Below, in pieces: positions 60,284 through 64,000 of a stretch of DNA of 64,000 bases. The notes under the pieces were generated by a model that saw only the letters and a program-made list of their open reading frames with translations, was not told the DNA's origin and ran no database searches. Each line of letters opens with the position of its first letter. The first letter of the stretch is position 1. The DNA comes from Actinomycetota bacterium (lineage in GTDB: Bacteria > Actinomycetota > UBA4738). The DNA lies in contig DATABA010000031.1 in NCBI GenBank assembly GCA_036259835.1, positions 472 through 64,471 of the forward strand, given 5' to 3'. The position numbers were made by a program, and so were the translations under genes.

Positions 60284-62910
60284 GCAAGCCGCCCACGGGG
60301 ACGGTCACGTTCCTGTTCACCGATATCGAAGGGTCTACCAAGCTGCTTCACGACCTCGGCGAGGGATATCGCCAGGTCCAAAGCGACCATCAGCGGCTCA
60401 TGCGTGAGGCGATCGCAGCGTACGGCGGACATGAGGTGCGAACGGAAGGTGATTCGTTCTTTGTGGTTTTCCGATCCGCACCAGACGCGATGGCCTGCGC
60501 CGTTGCAGCTCAACGGGCGCTGGCGGCCCATCCGTGGTCGCACGGAGAGCCGCTGCGCGTCCGCATGGGGATGCACACCGGCGAAGGGCGGCTCCTGGGC
60601 CGAGACTACTTGGGCATCGACGTGAACCGCGCGGCCCGGATCGCAGCCGCGGGCCACGGCGGGCAGGTCCTCTTGTCGGATGCGACAAGGGTCCTGGTAG
60701 CCGACGCTGTTCCAGGGGGGGTGACGCTTCGGGATCTGGGGAAGCACCGCCTGAAGGACTTCGACGAGCCACGGAGCGTCCACCAGATCGTGATCGATGG
60801 GCTCGAGGCCAAGTTCCCTCCCCTCAAGACCCTCGAGATTCCCTCGAACCTGCCTGTGCAGCTCACAACCTTCGTTGGACGAGAGCGCGAGCTTGGCCAG
60901 ATCGGGGACGTTCTGGGTCGAAGGCGGCTTGTCACGCTGACGGGACCCGGAGGAAGCGGCAAGACCCGTCTGGCGATTCAGGCAGCCAGCCAGATGATGG
61001 AGCGGTTCCCGGACGGGGTCTTCTTCGTCGATCTCTCGGCGATCCGGGATGCGCGCCTGGTGCCCTCGGCGATCACCCTCTCGCTGGATCTGAAGGAGCG
61101 ACCCGGCCGCGGTCCCTGGGAAACCCTGAAGGAGCACTTTCAAGGTCGGACCTCCCTGCTCATCCTGGACAACTTCGAGCAGGTGATCGACGCGTCCGAC
61201 ATCGCTCGAGCCGTCCTGGAGACTGCCCCGAAAACCACCGTGCTCGTCACCAGCCGGGTCCGCCTCGACCTTCCAGGTGAGCAGGACTTTCCGGTCCCCC
61301 CACTGGAAGTGCCATGGCCTGAAGATGTCGGTTCTCTCGCGGGCAACGAATCCGTGGAACTGTTCCTTGATCGAGCTCGGGCGGTCCAGCCGTCCTTTGA
61401 GCTCACCAAAGACAACGCCCAGGCCGTTGCTGCGATCTGTACCCGGCTCGACGGGTTGCCCCTGGCCATCGAACTGGCTGCGGCGCAGGTGCGACTTCTC
61501 GCACCCGGCGAACTGCTGGCGCGCTTGGATCGCCGACTTTCGACGCTTGGAACGGGGTCTCGCCACGCCCCGGAGCGTCAGCGCACGCTCCGGCGGACGA
61601 TCGAATGGAGTTACGAACTCCTTCAGCCGGAGGAGCGCACCGTCTTTGCCCGGCTTGCCGTGTTCGCCGGAGGCGCCACCGTGGCCGCCATCGAGGAGGT
61701 ATGCAATCCCATGACGGACCTAGGCGTGACCGCCCTCGAAGTCTTGGCGTCGCTGATCGACAAGAGTCTCGTCCGTCGAGTGGAGTTCCCAGAAGGATCT
61801 CGGTTCTCGATGCTCGAGACCATCCACGAGTACGCGCGAGACCGCCTGGAAGCCGAATTCGATCTCGAGGACACTTCGCGCCGACACGCCGAGTTCTTTG
61901 CTCGCGATGCCGAGAAACTCGCCGCGCAGATTCGTGGTCCGGGCGGAGCCGCGCTCATGCCGGCAATGGTCCGCGACCTGGACAATTTCCGGGCGGCAAT
62001 GTCCTGGTCTCTTCGGATGGACCGAGCCGATCTGGGCCTGCCGATCTGCACGGTGCCGTGGAGATTCTTCCTGGAAGCGGGCCATCTGAGCGAATGGCGC
62101 GAAGCGCTCCAGTCGCTGTTGACGCTTCCCTCGGCAGCACCTCGGGATCGAATCCGCGCCGAAGCGGTCCTCGCCCTCGGGTCTCTCCTCTATTGGCAGG
62201 CGGACTACCCCTCGAGCAAACAGAAGTATGAAGAGGCCTTGGAGATGTACCTGGAGATCGGCGACGACCGAGGTGTGGCGGAGGCCCTCGCCGATCTCGC
62301 CTACGTCACCCTGGCGCAGGACGATCCCGACGCCGCCCTCCCGTTTATCGAAAAGGGATTGGATGCCGCCCGCCGGTGTCGAGACCTGGCCAGAGAAGCC
62401 GAACTTGCCGGACTGTTTGGCATCGCCCATTTTCAACGCGGGGAGTATGACGCTGCGCTCGCAGCCCTGAAGGAATCGATGGCAGGGTTCGAGACTGCTC
62501 CCACAAACGCCGGATACTGGCTGAACGAGACGAAAGTTCGAATCGGCTCCGTCTATCGGATGGCTGGGCGGTTGGATGACGCCGAGCATCATTTCCGTCA
62601 AGCGTTGATTGCCTATCGAGCCGATGCCGATGCCGGCCTTCCGAGCGCGGGTGCCGTGACGATTCAGCTGGCCGGTGTGGCGGCGGCTCGTGGAGACCAT
62701 GAGCGATCCCTTCGACTCGGCGGATTCGTCGAAGCCATCGCCGACCGCCTGGGCGGGATACTGCCGCCAGCGCTCATGCGAGTGCCCGACCTGAAAGCGA
62801 CGGCCCGGGAAAGCCTGGATGAGGCTACGGTCGAGCGTCTGTGGCGGGAAGGAAAAGCCATGCATACGGACCAAGCCTTGTCATACGCCCTCGGCGAAGA
62901 GACGCCATGA
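60280..62910 (+). CDS. Class III nucleotidyl-cyclase domain - NB-ARC/STAND ATPase - TPR protein, paralog 2
   Basis: Same architecture as paralog 1 (FLFTDIEGST, TEGDSFFVVF, VNRAARIAAAGHGGQVLLS, GPGGSGKTRLA, LLILDNFEQV). ATGA overlap with the paralog 1 stop. Confidence 0.8.
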   Translation: MSKPPTGTVTFLFTDIEGSTKLLHDLGEGYRQVQSDHQRLMREAIAAYGGHEVRTEGDSFFVVFRSAPDAMACAVAAQRALAAHPWSHGEPLRVRMGMHTGEGRLLGRDYLGIDVNRAARIAAAGHGGQVLLSDATRVLVADAVPGGVTLRDLGKHRLKDFDEPRSVHQIVIDGLEAKFPPLKTLEIPSNLPVQLTTFVGRERELGQIGDVLGRRRLVTLTGPGGSGKTRLAIQAASQMMERFPDGVFFVDLSAIRDARLVPSAITLSLDLKERPGRGPWETLKEHFQGRTSLLILDNFEQVIDASDIARAVLETAPKTTVLVTSRVRLDLPGEQDFPVPPLEVPWPEDVGSLAGNESVELFLDRARAVQPSFELTKDNAQAVAAICTRLDGLPLAIELAAAQVRLLAPGELLARLDRRLSTLGTGSRHAPERQRTLRRTIEWSYELLQPEERTVFARLAVFAGGATVAAIEEVCNPMTDLGVTALEVLASLIDKSLVRRVEFPEGSRFSMLETIHEYARDRLEAEFDLEDTSRRHAEFFARDAEKLAAQIRGPGGAALMPAMVRDLDNFRAAMSWSLRMDRADLGLPICTVPWRFFLEAGHLSEWREALQSLLTLPSAAPRDRIRAEAVLALGSLLYWQADYPSSKQKYEEALEMYLEIGDDRGVAEALADLAYVTLAQDDPDAALPFIEKGLDAARRCRDLAREAELAGLFGIAHFQRGEYDAALAALKESMAGFETAPTNAGYWLNETKVRIGSVYRMAGRLDDAEHHFRQALIAYRADADAGLPSAGAVTIQLAGVAAARGDHERSLRLGGFVEAIADRLGGILPPALMRVPDLKATARESLDEATVERLWREGKAMHTDQALSYALGEETP

Positions 62911-64000
62911 CGAAACTGCCAACCGGGACCGTTACCTTCCTGTTCACCGATATCGAAGGCTCCACGAAGCTTTTTCACGAACTCGGCGATCGGTATCGCG
63001 AAGTCCAGCGTGATCATCAGCGGCTCATGCGTGAGGCGATTGCGTTGGGTGAGGGGCACGAGATGCGAACAGAGGGCGACTCATTCTTCGTGGCCTTTCC
63101 GTCAGCTGCGCGCGCGGTGGAGGCGGTGGTTGCGGCTCAGCGGGCGCTGGCGGACCACCCTTGGTCGCATGGGAGGCCGCTGCGAGTCCGCATGGGCATG
63201 CATACCGGCGAAGGTCGTCTGCTGGGCGAGGACTACCTGAGCATCGACGTGAACCGCGCCGCGCGGATCGCTTCGGCCGGGCACGGCGGCCAAGTGCTTC
63301 TCTCCGACGCCACGCGCACTCTCGCCGAGACCGCCCTGCCCCAAGGCGTGTCGATTGCCGATCTCGGCAGACACGGGCTGAAGGACTTCGACGAACCCCA
63401 ACGGCTCTATCAGCTCGTCATCGACGGACTTCAGTCGGAGTTCCCTCCCCTCAAGACGCTGGAGGCGCCGACCAACCTTCCCGCGGAGGTGACCTCATTC
63501 GTCGGGCGGGAACAGGAAGTCAGGGAGGTCGAGGAGCTCCTGGAGTCGTCGCGGCTCGTGACGCTGACGGGTCCGGGGGGTTCGGGCAAGACCCGGCTGT
63601 CGATCCGGGTCGGCTCGAACGTGCTCGAGGAAGACCGGTTCCGCGACGGCGTCTTCTTCGTCGAACTCGCGGGCACGACCGATGCGCAGATGGTTCCGAG
63701 CGTGATCGCTTCGGCACTGGGCATCCGAGAGGAAGGGCCAAGGCCGCTTCTGGAAACGCTTCAGAGTGAGCTCCGTCACCGGACTGCACTCTTGATCCTC
63801 GACAACTTCGAGCAGGTGATCGAGGCGAGCCGCGACATCAGCACGCTTCTCGCTGCAGCTCCACGCGTTCGGTTCCTTGTGACGAGCCGGGGCCCTTTGC
63901 GTATTCAGGGGGAACGGGAATTCCCGGTTCCGCCCCTCCCGCTTCCGGAAACGGCTGAGCTTTCTCGCGACTCAGACGTCAGCGACTACGGCGCCGTTGC
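62907..64000 (+). CDS. Class III nucleotidyl-cyclase domain - NB-ARC/STAND ATPase protein, paralog 3 (3'-partial, runs off the window)
   Basis: MTKLPTGTVTFLFTDIEGST.., TEGDSFFVAF, VNRAARIASAGHGGQVLLS, GPGGSGKTRLS, LLILDNFEQV. ATGA overlap with the paralog 2 stop. The frame stays open to the window end and is not listed in the ORF track. Confidence 0.8.
   Translation, partial: MTKLPTGTVTFLFTDIEGSTKLFHELGDRYREVQRDHQRLMREAIALGEGHEMRTEGDSFFVAFPSAARAVEAVVAAQRALADHPWSHGRPLRVRMGMHTGEGRLLGEDYLSIDVNRAARIASAGHGGQVLLSDATRTLAETALPQGVSIADLGRHGLKDFDEPQRLYQLVIDGLQSEFPPLKTLEAPTNLPAEVTSFVGREQEVREVEELLESSRLVTLTGPGGSGKTRLSIRVGSNVLEEDRFRDGVFFVELAGTTDAQMVPSVIASALGIREEGPRPLLETLQSELRHRTALLILDNFEQVIEASRDISTLLAAAPRVRFLVTSRGPLRIQGEREFPVPPLPLPETAELSRDSDVSDYGAV

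Noticed and set aside
60256-62874. Minus-strand ORFs 60256..61566 (436 aa) and 61720..62874 (384 aa)
   Set aside because: They lie antisense to cyclase-STAND paralog 2. They have no motifs and a biased composition.
1-64000. Search for CRISPR arrays, tRNA/rRNA genes, IS elements, integrases, prophage or toxin-antitoxin pairs
   Set aside because: I saw no direct-repeat/spacer periodicity, no cloverleaf-like sequence in the short intergenic gaps, and no ORF with transposase, integrase or phage motifs. This was visual inspection only. tRNAscan-SE, Infernal and ISEScan would be needed to confirm it.

Overview
High-GC, gene-dense chromosomal segment of about 65 protein genes on both strands, many joined by 1-4 nt stop/start overlaps. 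I saw no rRNA, tRNA, CRISPR array, transposase or integrase. The gene content looks like Actinomycetota: a WhiB-family regulator, a PASTA Ser/Thr kinase, an F420-type LLM oxidoreductase, a DinB/mycothiol-type enzyme, KorAB and a SUF operon.

Content by region:
- 1-10.4 kb: cell-envelope glycan cluster. It holds a flippase-like membrane protein, a sulfotransferase, a YfhO-like protein, a GT4 glycosyltransferase, an epimerase and two paralogous ~670-aa polytopic membrane proteins.
- 10.4-13.4 kb: thiG-thiH-thiS-thiE operon behind a clear TPP riboswitch.
- 13.5-26.9 kb: PASTA kinase, endonuclease IV and housekeeping metabolism (threonine aldolase, phosphofructokinase, glpK, plsC and others).
- 26.9-35.9 kb: a run of ten co-directional minus-strand genes. 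It includes an operon of a COG2403 P-loop protein, carbamate kinase and an EEP phosphatase. It also includes an operon of SRPBCC, an ArsA/Get3-like ATPase, a small Cys-motif protein and an eRF1/Vms1-like protein.
- 36-41.6 kb: anti-sigma antagonist (STAS), CoA-transferase, GT4, SRPBCC, then WhiB and a thiolase.
- 41.6-42.7 kb: a translationally coupled operon of a stand-alone receiver domain plus three small unknown proteins.
- 42.8-56 kb: aquaporin, korAB, an IscA-type protein, glycerate kinase, a MOSC/DinB/TauE operon, and a SUF operon (sufD-Rieske-sufC-sufS-sufU) with no adjacent sufB or sufR.
- 56.1-64 kb: ATP-dependent DNA ligase followed by three tandem, translationally coupled paralogs with a class III cyclase domain, an NB-ARC/STAND ATPase and TPRs.

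Best candidates for undescribed biology:
1. The triple cyclase-STAND array.
2. The ArsA/Get3 - Cys-motif protein - eRF1-like operon.
3. The REC plus three small ORFs operon.
4. The sulfotransferase-containing glycan cluster with its duplicated giant membrane proteins.

Separately, three genes have conserved N-termini that begin upstream of any ATG/GTG/TTG, which suggests CTG-type initiation right after an upstream stop codon.

All functional calls come from reading motifs in the supplied translations. No database search was run.
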